Below, piece by piece: positions 36,060 to 46,007 of a stretch of 50,439 nt of DNA. The DNA lies in NCBI GenBank assembly GCA_015662905.1, contig DQTE01000318.1, positions 1 through 50,439 on the forward strand, read 5' to 3'. Position 1 is the stretch's first letter. Each line of letters opens with the position of its first letter. Both the position numbers and the translations under genes were made by a program. The stretch is from Crocinitomix sp. (GTDB lineage Bacteria > Bacteroidota > Bacteroidia > Flavobacteriales_D > Crocinitomicaceae). Under the pieces are notes generated by a model. The model saw nothing but the letters and a program-made list of their open reading frames with translations. It was not told the origin of the DNA and ran no database searches.

Positions 36060-37199
36060 ATGAAAATAGGAATTGTTTTATATCCAACCTATGGAGGAAG
36101 TGGTATTGTTGCTACTGAATTAGGAAATGAATTAGCTAAGAAAGGGCACGAAATTCACTTTATCACCTATTCACAACCTGTAAGACTTGATGTTTTTCAA
36201 ACTAATGTATATTACCATGAGGTTACTATGTTTGATTACCCCTTATTTGATTATCAACCTTACGAGTTGGCTTTAACTAGCAAAATGGTTGATGTCGTAA
36301 TGAATGAAGGTTTAGATCTTTTACATGTTCATTACGCTATTCCTCATGCATCTGCGGCTTATTTTGCGCAACATATTTTAGAATCTAGGGGAATTAAAAT
36401 TCCTTTTATTACAACTTTACACGGCACAGATATAACCCTAGTAGGTAAAGACCCATCTTTTGAACCTGTAATTACTTTTAGTATTAATGAATCTAACGCA
36501 GTAACCGTAGTGTCAAACAGTTTAAAAAAAGACACCCTTAAACATTTTAAAATTACAAATGAAATTCAAGTTATTCCAAATTTTATAAAAACTGAAACAT
36601 ACAACCCTCTAAATTTTAATTGTAAAAGGGTTGAGTTGGCACCAAATAATGAACGTATTATTACTCATGTCTCTAATTTTAGAAAAGTTAAACGTGTAGA
36701 TGATGTCATTAGGGTTTTTAAAAAAATAAACCAAGAGATACCATCAAAACTGTTGCTTATTGGAGATGGTCCTGAACGGCTTAAACTAGAACACTTATGT
36801 AGAGAGTTAAACGTGTGTGATGACGTGAAAATGTTAGGTAAAGTTCAAAATGTAGCAGAAGTATTATCAATGAGCGACTTATTTATTCTCCCCTCAGAGA
36901 CCGAAAGTTTTGGATTAGCAGCATTAGAAGCCTTGGCTAGTCATACGCCTGTGTTATCTTCAAATACTGGGGGATTGCCAGAAGTAAATAAACATGGTTA
37001 TTCTGGTTTTTTAAGTCAAGTGGGTGACGTGGATGATATAGCAAAAAATGCACTTTATATATTAAAAGATGACGAAACATTATTAAAGTTTAAAAGACAA
37101 GCGTACAAACACTCTTTAAAGTTTGAAATTGATGTTATTCTTCCTCAGTATGAGGAACTTTACAATAAGGTCTGTTGTAGTTTGAATAAAGAAAATTAA
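36060..37199 (+). CDS. bshA: N-acetyl-alpha-D-glucosaminyl L-malate synthase
   Basis: MKIGIVLYPTYGGSGIVATELG, HVHYAIPHA, TTLHGTD, HVSNFR.VKR, ESFGLAALEA. ATG at 36060. Confidence 0.96.
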   Translation: MKIGIVLYPTYGGSGIVATELGNELAKKGHEIHFITYSQPVRLDVFQTNVYYHEVTMFDYPLFDYQPYELALTSKMVDVVMNEGLDLLHVHYAIPHASAAYFAQHILESRGIKIPFITTLHGTDITLVGKDPSFEPVITFSINESNAVTVVSNSLKKDTLKHFKITNEIQVIPNFIKTETYNPLNFNCKRVELAPNNERIITHVSNFRKVKRVDDVIRVFKKINQEIPSKLLLIGDGPERLKLEHLCRELNVCDDVKMLGKVQNVAEVLSMSDLFILPSETESFGLAALEALASHTPVLSSNTGGLPEVNKHGYSGFLSQVGDVDDIAKNALYILKDDETLLKFKRQAYKHSLKFEIDVILPQYEELYNKVCCSLNKEN

Positions 37200-37780
37200 T
37201 CTTTTTTAACTCTATCGACAGTCAATTCTATTGTTAAAGCAAACAAATCATCTCCTATAGGTTCAGAAGTGTAATTCAATTTGTTTTTAGATTTTAAAGC
37301 CATAGTAATAAACCCTAAACCTGCACCTCCTTTATTTGACATTATACCATTAGATAAAACCTCCATATAACGTTCTTTTATTTGAATCAAATCCATTTCA
37401 TTTAATTTGTCAATTCTTGAAGTTATTATGTTAATTTGAGACAATTTAACCAAGTTACTCATGGCTATCTTATATCTTTCTGGCTCTTGTAAAATGATAA
37501 CAAAAGACACCTGACTCCCTTCTTCATCTCTAGCACCATGAATACGTATATTTTGCAATCCTTCTACTAATATGCTAAACAATCTTTTAACCACACTTTT
37601 CTTATCTCCAGATTCAATCATCATATTTTCTACAGAAATTGATAACGAATTAACCAATTCTTGTGAAAACTCTCCAAAATGAGAAACAATAACTCTACCT
37701 TGAGAATGAAGATTATATTTTCCAAAAATCTCCTGAAATTTAGAGTTATATTTTTGCACCAAACTACCTTCTTGAACCAT
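37196..37780 (-). CDS. SiaB-family (DUF6272) GHKL-like protein kinase
   Basis: G.FSQELV, RLFSILVEGLQNI..H and GGAGLGFITMA.KS motifs. Confidence 0.85.
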   Translation of the reverse strand: MVQEGSLVQKYNSKFQEIFGKYNLHSQGRVIVSHFGEFSQELVNSLSISVENMMIESGDKKSVVKRLFSILVEGLQNIRIHGARDEEGSQVSFVIILQEPERYKIAMSNLVKLSQINIITSRIDKLNEMDLIQIKERYMEVLSNGIMSNKGGAGLGFITMALKSKNKLNYTSEPIGDDLFALTIELTVDRVKKD

Positions 37781-37881
37781 ATGAAAAAGTGTAAAACTTT
37801 ACATTTCAAAACATAAAGTTACAAAATAAATTAAAACAACAACTTTTTTTTGCCTTTTTTTATATTTGACCTTAAATAAAT

Positions 37882-38373
37882 TTATACTCTCGTCTCAACG
37901 TTATTAATAATATCACAAACAGCTGGACAAATCTCAAGGTTTTTTTTTGTTAGCTCTAATATCTGATACATATTTTTTCTGTTAGTGTGAGGGTATTCCC
38001 TGCAGGCTAAAGGTCTATACTCATACACACTGCATTTATTATCATCCAACCATAAAAAAGGACAAGGTGCCCGCTTTAAAACGTAATCATTATCAGTATC
38101 AATTTTTAAATATAAATCAATAAACTCAACAGTTTTAATTTTTAAATGTTTAGACAATCTTTCAATATCTCTGTCTCTAAAAATTGGACTTGTAGTTTTA
38201 CAACAATTAGCACATTCTAAACAATCAATTTTGTTAAAGGTTTCCAAATGTTGTTGATGAAATAAATCATCTAATTTATTTTTTTTAAACCGTTTAAGTT
38301 TTTTAAAAACTCGAGCTGTACCAATCTTATTTTCTTTTCTATCTTTTATTAACGTTTCTAGGTTCTTTTTCAT
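37882..38373 (-). CDS. YkgJ-family (CxxCxxCC) cysteine-cluster protein
   Basis: CLECANCC, PCPFL, CSVYEYRPLACREYP, CPA. Confidence 0.92.
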   Translation of the reverse strand: MKKNLETLIKDRKENKIGTARVFKKLKRFKKNKLDDLFHQQHLETFNKIDCLECANCCKTTSPIFRDRDIERLSKHLKIKTVEFIDLYLKIDTDNDYVLKRAPCPFLWLDDNKCSVYEYRPLACREYPHTNRKNMYQILELTKKNLEICPAVCDIINNVETRV

Positions 38374-38460
38374 AACAACAACAAATTTGCAGATTTATCG
38401 TAAATAATTAACCCATATTATTAAATAATTACTAATTTCATACTTGGAATTTATTGTGAA

Positions 38461-39966
38461 ATGAGAAAAAACGAAAAAAAAGAATTTGACTTAATAGTTA
38501 TTGGTGGAGGTCCTGCGGGCTATGCTGCCGCTATGAGAGCTATTGATTACAACAAAAGTGTCTGCTTAATAGAAAAATCTAAAGTAGGGGGGGCAGGAGT
38601 TTATCACGGTGCATTGAGTTCTAAAACAATGTGGGAATTATCTCAAAAAGTTAAAACCGTTAACGAAACTATTGTATCACTTGGCAGAAGCAAATTTGAA
38701 GTAACTTGGGATGAAGTAAGAAAAACATTAGAAGAAGCCGTTTTTGAACGTAAATTTCAATACTCATGCCACATTAAACTTTTAAAAACGCAACGCTCGG
38801 ACTTATTTAGGTATATGAGGGGGGCAGGTAAGTTATTAACCAAAAATGAGGTGCAAATTACATGTGCAAATAACTCCAAAGAAATTATCAATGGAAAATA
38901 TATTGTTATAGCAACAGGAAGCCGACCAAGAAAACTACCTAATATGGATGTTGATGAAGTTCATATTTTAACATCAGATGGTATAGACCAAATTGAGGAT
39001 TTTCCAAAATCAATGGTGATTATTGGAGCTGGAGTTATTGGTTGTGAATATGCTACTATTTTTTCAAACTTTGGCAAAACAAAAGTTTATTTAATTGATA
39101 GAGCAGACAGAATCTTACCATTTGAAGATGAGGATATTTCTAAGATGGTTTCTAATAACCTTGAAAAACAAGGTGTAACAATTCATCACAAATCTCAACT
39201 AGAACGATTAGAGGTAAAAAATGGAATGGTTGAATATGAAATTTCTAGTGAAGATGGAACACGAGAAGTAATCACTGTTGAAAAAGCACTTTTGTCTGTA
39301 GGAAGAGTCACAAACCTTGAAAATATTGGGTTGGAAGAATTAGGTATCAAACGTGGTGCAAAAGGACGACATATTGGAGACATAGACACGCAAACTAATA
39401 TAGATAACATTTATGCTGTTGGTGATGCATCAGGTAGAATTGCTTTAGTTAATATGGGGGAAATTGAAGCTAGACATGCTGTTGAAAAAATTTTTGGCGG
39501 GCAGGAAAATAAACTGTCTTATGAAAATGTATCCACCATTATGTTTTTACAACCAGAAGTAGCAGCAGTTGGCTTAAACTTAAAACAATGTGTAGAAAAT
39601 AACATTCCTGTAAAAGTAGTAAAATTAGATTACTCTGTAATTGCTAGAGCTATCGCAATGCGTAAAACTCAAGGTTTTTTTAAAATAATTGTTACTAACG
39701 ATAAAAAAATGAAAATTTTAGGGATGCGAGCGGTTGGAGAGCATGCATCAAGTGCCATACAAGGAATAGCCTTACTCATTAAGCAAGGAAGAGGTATTGA
39801 AGATATTGCAGAGTTGGTTCATCCTCATCCATCTATAGTTGAAGGTGTTCAAGAATGTGTAAGAATGTTATTAAATAAATCTATTTTTAAAGCCTCCGTT
39901 TTTGAAGATAAATTGGAGTGTTATAGTTTGGTCAATGGGGTTAGAACTAATTTACAACGTTTATAA
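38461..39966 (+). CDS. Class I pyridine nucleotide-disulfide oxidoreductase-family flavoprotein lacking the redox cysteines
   Basis: GGGPAG, ATGSRP, GAGVIG, TNIDNIYAVGD, HPSIVE. The CxxxxC site reads GGAGVYHGALSSK. Confidence 0.88.
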   Translation: MRKNEKKEFDLIVIGGGPAGYAAAMRAIDYNKSVCLIEKSKVGGAGVYHGALSSKTMWELSQKVKTVNETIVSLGRSKFEVTWDEVRKTLEEAVFERKFQYSCHIKLLKTQRSDLFRYMRGAGKLLTKNEVQITCANNSKEIINGKYIVIATGSRPRKLPNMDVDEVHILTSDGIDQIEDFPKSMVIIGAGVIGCEYATIFSNFGKTKVYLIDRADRILPFEDEDISKMVSNNLEKQGVTIHHKSQLERLEVKNGMVEYEISSEDGTREVITVEKALLSVGRVTNLENIGLEELGIKRGAKGRHIGDIDTQTNIDNIYAVGDASGRIALVNMGEIEARHAVEKIFGGQENKLSYENVSTIMFLQPEVAAVGLNLKQCVENNIPVKVVKLDYSVIARAIAMRKTQGFFKIIVTNDKKMKILGMRAVGEHASSAIQGIALLIKQGRGIEDIAELVHPHPSIVEGVQECVRMLLNKSIFKASVFEDKLECYSLVNGVRTNLQRL

Positions 39967-40033
39967 AAAATCCTTAAATAAACACTGTAAAACAAACCTA
40001 TTCATTAAGTTTGCATTTTAATACTAGAATTCA

Positions 40034-41227
40034 ATGGAGATTTTATCTGAAAGAGTAAAGAAATTAGCCGAATCCGCTACAATAGCAATGGCTCAAAAAA
40101 GTAGAGAACTCATAAGCAAAGGAAAAGACATTATTTCTTTAAGTTTAGGAGAGCCAGATTTTAATGTTCCCGATTTTATTAAAAAAGCTGCCAAACAAGG
40201 AATTGATGATAACTACTCTAAATACATGCCAGTACCTGGATATTTGGATTTAAGAGAAGCTATTTGTCACAAATTTAAACGAGACAACAACCTTGAGTAC
40301 ACACCAGAACAAATAGTTGTTTCTACAGGTGCTAAACAATCATTAATTAATGTTATTTTGGCACTTGTTAACCCAGGAGATGAAGTCATTATTCCTGCTC
40401 CTTATTGGGTCACTTATTTTGAACAAGTTAAAATGGCTGGAGGGATCCCTGTTGTAATAAAAACTTCTATTGAAGACGATTTCAAAATAACGGCCGAACA
40501 ATTAAAAAATCACTTAACAAATAAGTCTAAGTTAATGATTTTTTCTAACCCTTGTAACCCAACAGGTTCTTCATACACCAAAGATGAATTAAAAACAATA
40601 GCCAATGTAGTAGCTCAAACACCTAATTTTTATGTGATATCAGATGAAATTTATGAGCATATAAATTTTTCAGGTAAAAATGTAAGTTTTGCACATTTCC
40701 AAAATGTATATGACAGAACCATTACAGTAAATGGAGTGTCTAAAGCGTTTGCTATGACCGGATATAGAGTTGGATATATTGGAGCACCTTTGAAAATAGC
40801 AAAAGCTTGTGCAAAACTACAAGGTCAATATACATCTGGAACTTGTTCTATAGGACAACGAGCTACACTAGCAGCTGTTAGTGCTAATCCCAGTGAAATT
40901 CAATTTATGGTAGATGCTTTTGCCAAAAGAAGACAACTGGTATATGACTTATTAAAAGAAATTCCTGGTTTAAAAATTAATATGCCAGAAGGCGCTTTTT
41001 ACTTCTTTTTTGATGTATCCTCATTTTTTGGTAAATCTTACAAAGGAAAAACCATTAAAAATGCTACAGACTTGTCTTTGTTTATATTAGACGAAGGATT
41101 AGTAGCGCTTGTAACAGGTGAGGCGTTTGGTGATGGTAATTGCCTGCGTTTATCCTACGCAACATCAGAGGAGGTATTAAAAGAAGCTCTTAAAAGAATT
41201 AAAAATACACTTGCTAAATTAAGTTAA
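40034..41227 (+). CDS. PLP-dependent aminotransferase class I (aspartate aminotransferase-like)
   Basis: GEPDF, NPCNPTG, SDEIY, SKAFAMTGYRVG, RLSYA. Confidence 0.93.
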   Translation: MEILSERVKKLAESATIAMAQKSRELISKGKDIISLSLGEPDFNVPDFIKKAAKQGIDDNYSKYMPVPGYLDLREAICHKFKRDNNLEYTPEQIVVSTGAKQSLINVILALVNPGDEVIIPAPYWVTYFEQVKMAGGIPVVIKTSIEDDFKITAEQLKNHLTNKSKLMIFSNPCNPTGSSYTKDELKTIANVVAQTPNFYVISDEIYEHINFSGKNVSFAHFQNVYDRTITVNGVSKAFAMTGYRVGYIGAPLKIAKACAKLQGQYTSGTCSIGQRATLAAVSANPSEIQFMVDAFAKRRQLVYDLLKEIPGLKINMPEGAFYFFFDVSSFFGKSYKGKTIKNATDLSLFILDEGLVALVTGEAFGDGNCLRLSYATSEEVLKEALKRIKNTLAKLS

Positions 41228-42217
41228 ATGATTGACTTAAAAACCATATTCAAATCTTTTTCCAATAAAAAAATTATTGTCATTGGAGATGTAATGATAG
41301 ATACTTACATCAAAGGAAAAGTTAATCGAATATCACCAGAAGCCCCCGTACCGGTTGTTAAATTTGAATCTAAAGAAAACCGTTTAGGTGGCGCAGGTAA
41401 TGTAGCTTTAAACATTAAAGCCCTTGGTGCAAAGCCTTTTATTTGCTCCATTGTGGGTAATGATGAAAATGCAACCCTATTAAATAAATTAATCAATCAA
41501 AATCATCTGTCTGATGAAGGACTAATTAAGGTTGATGACAGAACAACAACCGTAAAAACAAGAATCATTGGGAATAATCAGCAATTAATCAGAATTGACC
41601 AAGAGGATGTTACTTTAATCTCCTCTCAAATGGCTTATAACTTAATTGAAACTGTTAAGGATATAGCATTAAAAGAAAAGGTAGATGCTATTATTTTTCA
41701 AGACTATAACAAAGGGGTATTAGTAGCTGAAGTAATAGAGAAATTAACTAAATTTGCCAATAGTAATTCTATTCCTGTGGTAGTTGACCCAAAAAAAGAC
41801 AACTTTTTAACCTATAAAAATGTAACATTATTTAAACCTAATTTAAACGAATTAAAAGAAGGGTTGGATATTGATTTTGATTATGACAATAGCAATAAGT
41901 CCGATTTATTAAACGCCATAGAAGTATTAAAAGAAAAAATCAACCCTAAATATGTGTTTGTAACTCTATCTGAACATGGTGTTTTTATAAATGATGAAAC
42001 TGACAACTTTTTTATTCCTGCACATTTGAGAAATATTACTGATGTATCTGGCGCAGGCGATACAGTAATTAGCGTTGCTACCTTATGTTTAACCTCAGGA
42101 TTAAAACCTAATTTGATTGCCGAAATATCTAATTTAGCCGGAGGTTTAGTTTGTGAAAAAGTAGGGGTTGTTTCAATTGATAAGGAACAATTAATGCAAG
42201 AAGTACTTAAATTATAA
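41228..42217 (+). CDS. D-glycero-D-manno-heptose-7-phosphate kinase (RfaE/HldE kinase domain, PfkB family)
   Basis: [41 protein letters not shown]; no fused adenylyltransferase domain. Confidence 0.9.
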   Translation: MIDLKTIFKSFSNKKIIVIGDVMIDTYIKGKVNRISPEAPVPVVKFESKENRLGGAGNVALNIKALGAKPFICSIVGNDENATLLNKLINQNHLSDEGLIKVDDRTTTVKTRIIGNNQQLIRIDQEDVTLISSQMAYNLIETVKDIALKEKVDAIIFQDYNKGVLVAEVIEKLTKFANSNSIPVVVDPKKDNFLTYKNVTLFKPNLNELKEGLDIDFDYDNSNKSDLLNAIEVLKEKINPKYVFVTLSEHGVFINDETDNFFIPAHLRNITDVSGAGDTVISVATLCLTSGLKPNLIAEISNLAGGLVCEKVGVVSIDKEQLMQEVLKL

Positions 42218-42242
42218 AATTCACAAAAAAAATAAGGTCTTT

Positions 42243-42977
42243 ATGTCACAAAAACAAGTAGTTAAACCCTATAATCTGTCAGATAAAAGTAAAAAGCAAG
42301 AGGTAGCAGAAATGTTTAACAACATTTCCAAAAAATATGACTTTTTAAATCATTTTTTATCAATGGGTATAGATAAACTGTGGCGTAAAAAAGCTGTAAA
42401 GATATTAGGTCAAAACAAGCCTAAAATTATTTTAGACATTGCCACAGGTACTGGTGATTTTGCAATTGAATCGCTAAAATTAAATCCCGAAAAAATTATA
42501 GGCATTGATATTTCTGAAGGAATGTTAACCATTGGAAGACAAAAAATGAAAAAAAAGAAGGTTGACCATATTATTGACCTTCAATTGGGAGATTCAGAAA
42601 ACTTAAAGTTTGATGATAATTATTTTGATGGATATACGGTAGGATTTGGTGTTAGAAATTTTGAAAATCTTGAAAAAGGACTGTCTGAAATGTTACGAGT
42701 TTTAAAACCTAATGGAACAGCGGTAATTTTAGAGTTTTCAAAACCAAAAAAATTTCCAATTAAACAATCTTTTTACGTTTATTCAAAATATATTTTACCA
42801 ACCGTAGGTAAACTTATTTCAAAAGACAATCGTGCATACACTTATTTACCAGAATCTATTAATGCTTTTCCCGAAGGACAAAACTTTATGGACATAATGA
42901 CTAAAATAGGATATAAAAATGTTAAATCTAAATTAGTTTCAGGTGGTATTGCAACTATTTATTATGGCATTAAGTAG
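42243..42977 (+). CDS. menG: Demethylmenaquinone methyltransferase (UbiE/MenG)
   Basis: [11 protein letters not shown]...[30 protein letters not shown]. Confidence 0.95.
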   Translation: MSQKQVVKPYNLSDKSKKQEVAEMFNNISKKYDFLNHFLSMGIDKLWRKKAVKILGQNKPKIILDIATGTGDFAIESLKLNPEKIIGIDISEGMLTIGRQKMKKKKVDHIIDLQLGDSENLKFDDNYFDGYTVGFGVRNFENLEKGLSEMLRVLKPNGTAVILEFSKPKKFPIKQSFYVYSKYILPTVGKLISKDNRAYTYLPESINAFPEGQNFMDIMTKIGYKNVKSKLVSGGIATIYYGIK

Positions 42978-43084
42978 AGGGTATTAAAAAACTCTTAACA
43001 TCAATACTACCTATTTAAAAATCTGTTTTTTAAAACTCGCAACTATTCCTTATCTTTGCAGCTCAAAACTAAAAACAATAAATT

Positions 43085-43519
43085 ATGAAAGCAATCATAT
43101 ATACAGAAAAAGGCGTGATGAAGGCCGAACTTTATGATAAAGAAACGCCAAAAACAGTTGATAACTTTGTAACCTTATCTAAAAAAGGGTTTTATGATGG
43201 ACTAACTTTTCATAGAGTAATCCCTGATTTTGTAATTCAAGGGGGATGTCCTGACGGCACAGGAATGGGAGGTCCAGGCTATACAATCGATTGTGAGGTA
43301 GATGCTGAAAAACAATACCATGACAGAGGGGTATTGTCTATGGCCCACGCGGGTAGAAACACAGGAGGATCACAGTTTTTTGTTTGTCATAGCAGAAACA
43401 ATACTGCTCATTTAGATGGAAACCATACTTGTTTTGGAAAAGTTTACGAAGGTTTAGATGTAATTGACGATATTAGAGCAGGAGATAAAATTGAAAAAAT
43501 AGAAATTATTGAAGATTAA
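43085..43519 (+). CDS. Cyclophilin-type peptidyl-prolyl isomerase
   Basis: [36 protein letters not shown]; -7 box TATCTTTG at 43051-43058. Confidence 0.95.
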   Translation: MKAIIYTEKGVMKAELYDKETPKTVDNFVTLSKKGFYDGLTFHRVIPDFVIQGGCPDGTGMGGPGYTIDCEVDAEKQYHDRGVLSMAHAGRNTGGSQFFVCHSRNNTAHLDGNHTCFGKVYEGLDVIDDIRAGDKIEKIEIIED

Positions 43520-43523
43520 ATAT

Positions 43524-43560
43524 AAAAAAGGGATAATTTTAAATAAATTATCCCTTTTTT
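43524..43560. terminator. Bidirectional intrinsic terminator
   Basis: Perfect 16-bp inverted repeat AAAAAAGGGATAATTT-N5-AAATTATCCCTTTTTT between convergent genes. Confidence 0.85.
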
Positions 43561-43563
43561 TAC

Positions 43564-44184
43564 CTAAAAATTTTTGTCAATATAATGTTGCATTTTGTTG
43601 ATGAAAACTTCATCTTCAATCAGTCCGTGAATCTTTAAATCATTGTACATAAGATTGAAAGTACTAAACAGCGTTTTAAAAAGGTTAGACTTAACCTTTT
43701 TACTGTCAATGTTTCTTAATCTTTTTTGTATAGTTAACAAGCTTTCTTCAACTGTGTGACTGTGGGTTTCTAAAAAATGGTTTAAAACAAAAATCTTCTC
43801 CGATTCAACATAAACCCCTTTGAGTAATTTAGTGGCAAAATTATAAAGAACTTTTTCTTCAAAATTTATATGATTACTCAACTCATTTTGGTAATTCACT
43901 AAAAAAGTGTTTAAGGTTAAGGTTAATTCATTTGTTCCTATATCCTGTTGAATTTCATCAACTATTCTTTCTATTTTTGGTAACCAAATATTTAGGTACT
44001 CAAGGTGACTTTTTTGTAGATAATAAAGCGTATCTTTTAATGAAAAAGAATCAAAAACATGCTCTGAAAATGTTTCTGGATACAAAATAAAATTGTAAAA
44101 CTCATTAAAAAATGCGTGTGATAAGTCATTGAAATTATCAAATCTTAATTTTACTATATTTTTGTAGTCCTCATCTAATTTCAT
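43564..44184 (-). CDS. Hemerythrin-like (RIC/YtfE-related) di-iron protein
   Basis: YL.KSH.EY...LP.I, HINFEEKVL, THSH and HGLIEDEVF ligand pattern. Confidence 0.75.
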   Translation of the reverse strand: MKLDEDYKNIVKLRFDNFNDLSHAFFNEFYNFILYPETFSEHVFDSFSLKDTLYYLQKSHLEYLNIWLPKIERIVDEIQQDIGTNELTLTLNTFLVNYQNELSNHINFEEKVLYNFATKLLKGVYVESEKIFVLNHFLETHSHTVEESLLTIQKRLRNIDSKKVKSNLFKTLFSTFNLMYNDLKIHGLIEDEVFINKMQHYIDKNF

Positions 44185-44250
44185 ACAGCAAATATATCAA
44201 AAAAATACATGTTGCCCTATCAATTAAAAAGAATTCTTTACCTTTGTTTT

Positions 44251-44982
44251 GTGAATAAAATAAAATTTATATTTTTTAGTTTCTTTTCCTTAGGGTTTAT
44301 ATTTTCTCAAGAAATAGACCCTGGCAATATAGAGTCATTATTAACCAAAGATTATTCAGCAGGTTTGAATATGAATACATCTGGTTGGGGAGGCGCTTTT
44401 GAATATAGTACTCAAAAAAATTACAAATACAAAAAAACGTATGGCTTATTGCTAACCAATATCCGTCATGTTAAAGAATTTAAAATCGTTGGAACATCTG
44501 GCAGTAAAGGTTTTTTTTTCGGTAAAATAAATTCGTTGATAAGTTTACGTCCTTATTATGGGGGAAAACTTTTATTGTTTAAGTCTGTTAGAGAAAATGG
44601 AGTTGAAATTTCATATAAATGGGGAGCAGGAGCTTCTTTTGGTTTAGTAAAACCAGTTTATGTAGAGTTAAACAAAGTAGAATCAGGAAGTTTAATCCAT
44701 TATCCTGTAAGATATGACCCCACCACGCATTATGTAGGGCAAATTTTTTCAAGATCCCCGTGGTCAAAAGGATTAGGAGAAGCAAAAATAAATTTAGGTG
44801 TTTTCATTAAAAATGGAGTAAGTTTTAATTTCTCCCATTACAGAGCAGGTTTAAGCGGTGGAGAAATAGGATTCATGATAGATTATTTTCCATTTAAAAA
44901 AATAGAGCTAATGTATTTACAGGATAAAAGTTTCTTGTTTGCATCATTATATCTTCAATTTAATTTAGGTAAAAAGTTTTAA
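44251..44982 (+). CDS. Hypothetical outer-membrane beta-barrel protein
   Basis: GTG 44251 gives a clean signal peptide directly after the -7 box TACCTTTG; H.KE, GKINS and KPVY motifs; terminal GKKF. Confidence 0.7.
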   Translation: MNKIKFIFFSFFSLGFIFSQEIDPGNIESLLTKDYSAGLNMNTSGWGGAFEYSTQKNYKYKKTYGLLLTNIRHVKEFKIVGTSGSKGFFFGKINSLISLRPYYGGKLLLFKSVRENGVEISYKWGAGASFGLVKPVYVELNKVESGSLIHYPVRYDPTTHYVGQIFSRSPWSKGLGEAKINLGVFIKNGVSFNFSHYRAGLSGGEIGFMIDYFPFKKIELMYLQDKSFLFASLYLQFNLGKKF

Positions 44983-44984
44983 TA

Positions 44985-45848
44985 ATGTCAGACATACAAT
45001 CACATACAAAGATAAAAAAACCAAAATGGTTACGGGTAAAGTTACCAACTGGAGAAAATTACAAGAAAGTAAGAAATCTCGTTGATAAACACCAATTACA
45101 TACTATATGTGAAAGTGGTAGTTGTCCTAATATGGGAGAATGTTGGGGTGAAGGTACAGCAACATTTATGATTTTGGGGAACATTTGTACGCGATCTTGT
45201 GGTTTTTGTGCGGTTAAAACTGGTAAACCCTTACCTGCTGATTTAGATGAACCAAAAAAGTTAGCTGAATCTGTAAAACTAATGCAAGTTAAACATGCGG
45301 TTATTACTTCCGTAGATAGAGATGATTTAGAAGATGGTGGCTCGTTGATTTGGGCAGAAGTTGTTAAAGAAGTTAGAAAACAAGCACCAGGAACAACAAT
45401 GGAAACTTTAATTCCTGATTTTGGGGGGAAGTGGCAAAACTTAAAAAATATAATTGATGTTGCCCCTGAAATAGTTTCACATAATCTAGAAACGGTTAGA
45501 CGACTCACTAAAGAAGTTAGGATACAAGCTAAATATGATAGAAGTTTAGAAGTTTTAATGAGACTTAAAAAAGGAGGTATGAAAACAAAATCTGGCATTA
45601 TGCTTGGGATTGGGGAAAAAGAGTCCGAAATTTATGAAACTATTGATGATTTAGCTTCTGTTAGTGTAGACATTCTTACGTTAGGACAATATTTACAACC
45701 AACCCCTAAACACTTGCCCGTGGTAAATTTTGTAACACCAGAGAAATTTCAAGAATATAAAGAGTATGCGTTAACTAAAGGGTTTAGATATGTAGAAAGT
45801 GGTCCTTTAGTAAGGTCTTCTTACCACGCAGAAAAACACTTATTTTAG
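44985..45848 (+). CDS. lipA: Lipoyl synthase
   Basis: [18 protein letters not shown] (CX4CX5C), [15 protein letters not shown]. Confidence 0.98.
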   Translation: MSDIQSHTKIKKPKWLRVKLPTGENYKKVRNLVDKHQLHTICESGSCPNMGECWGEGTATFMILGNICTRSCGFCAVKTGKPLPADLDEPKKLAESVKLMQVKHAVITSVDRDDLEDGGSLIWAEVVKEVRKQAPGTTMETLIPDFGGKWQNLKNIIDVAPEIVSHNLETVRRLTKEVRIQAKYDRSLEVLMRLKKGGMKTKSGIMLGIGEKESEIYETIDDLASVSVDILTLGQYLQPTPKHLPVVNFVTPEKFQEYKEYALTKGFRYVESGPLVRSSYHAEKHLF

Positions 45849-46007
45849 TACTTTGATTACATGAAAAATAAACGGTTAAGTCATTTGATTTTCACTTCAT
45901 CATCTCTGATGTGTATAAAAAACTAAAAAATTGTTAATTTTTTTCGTCCAGTTTGAGAAGTTTATTGTATATTGGTCGCTGAATTTGATGAAAAACATCT
46001 TTACAAT

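Noticed and set aside
3866-37199. Bacillithiol 'cluster' as a novel system
   Set aside because: bshB1 and bshA are over 31 kb apart, bshC is not in the window, and bsh genes are already known in Bacteroidota.
42972-43016. Terminator after menG
   Set aside because: Only an imperfect AT-rich hairpin with a long loop; too weak to call.
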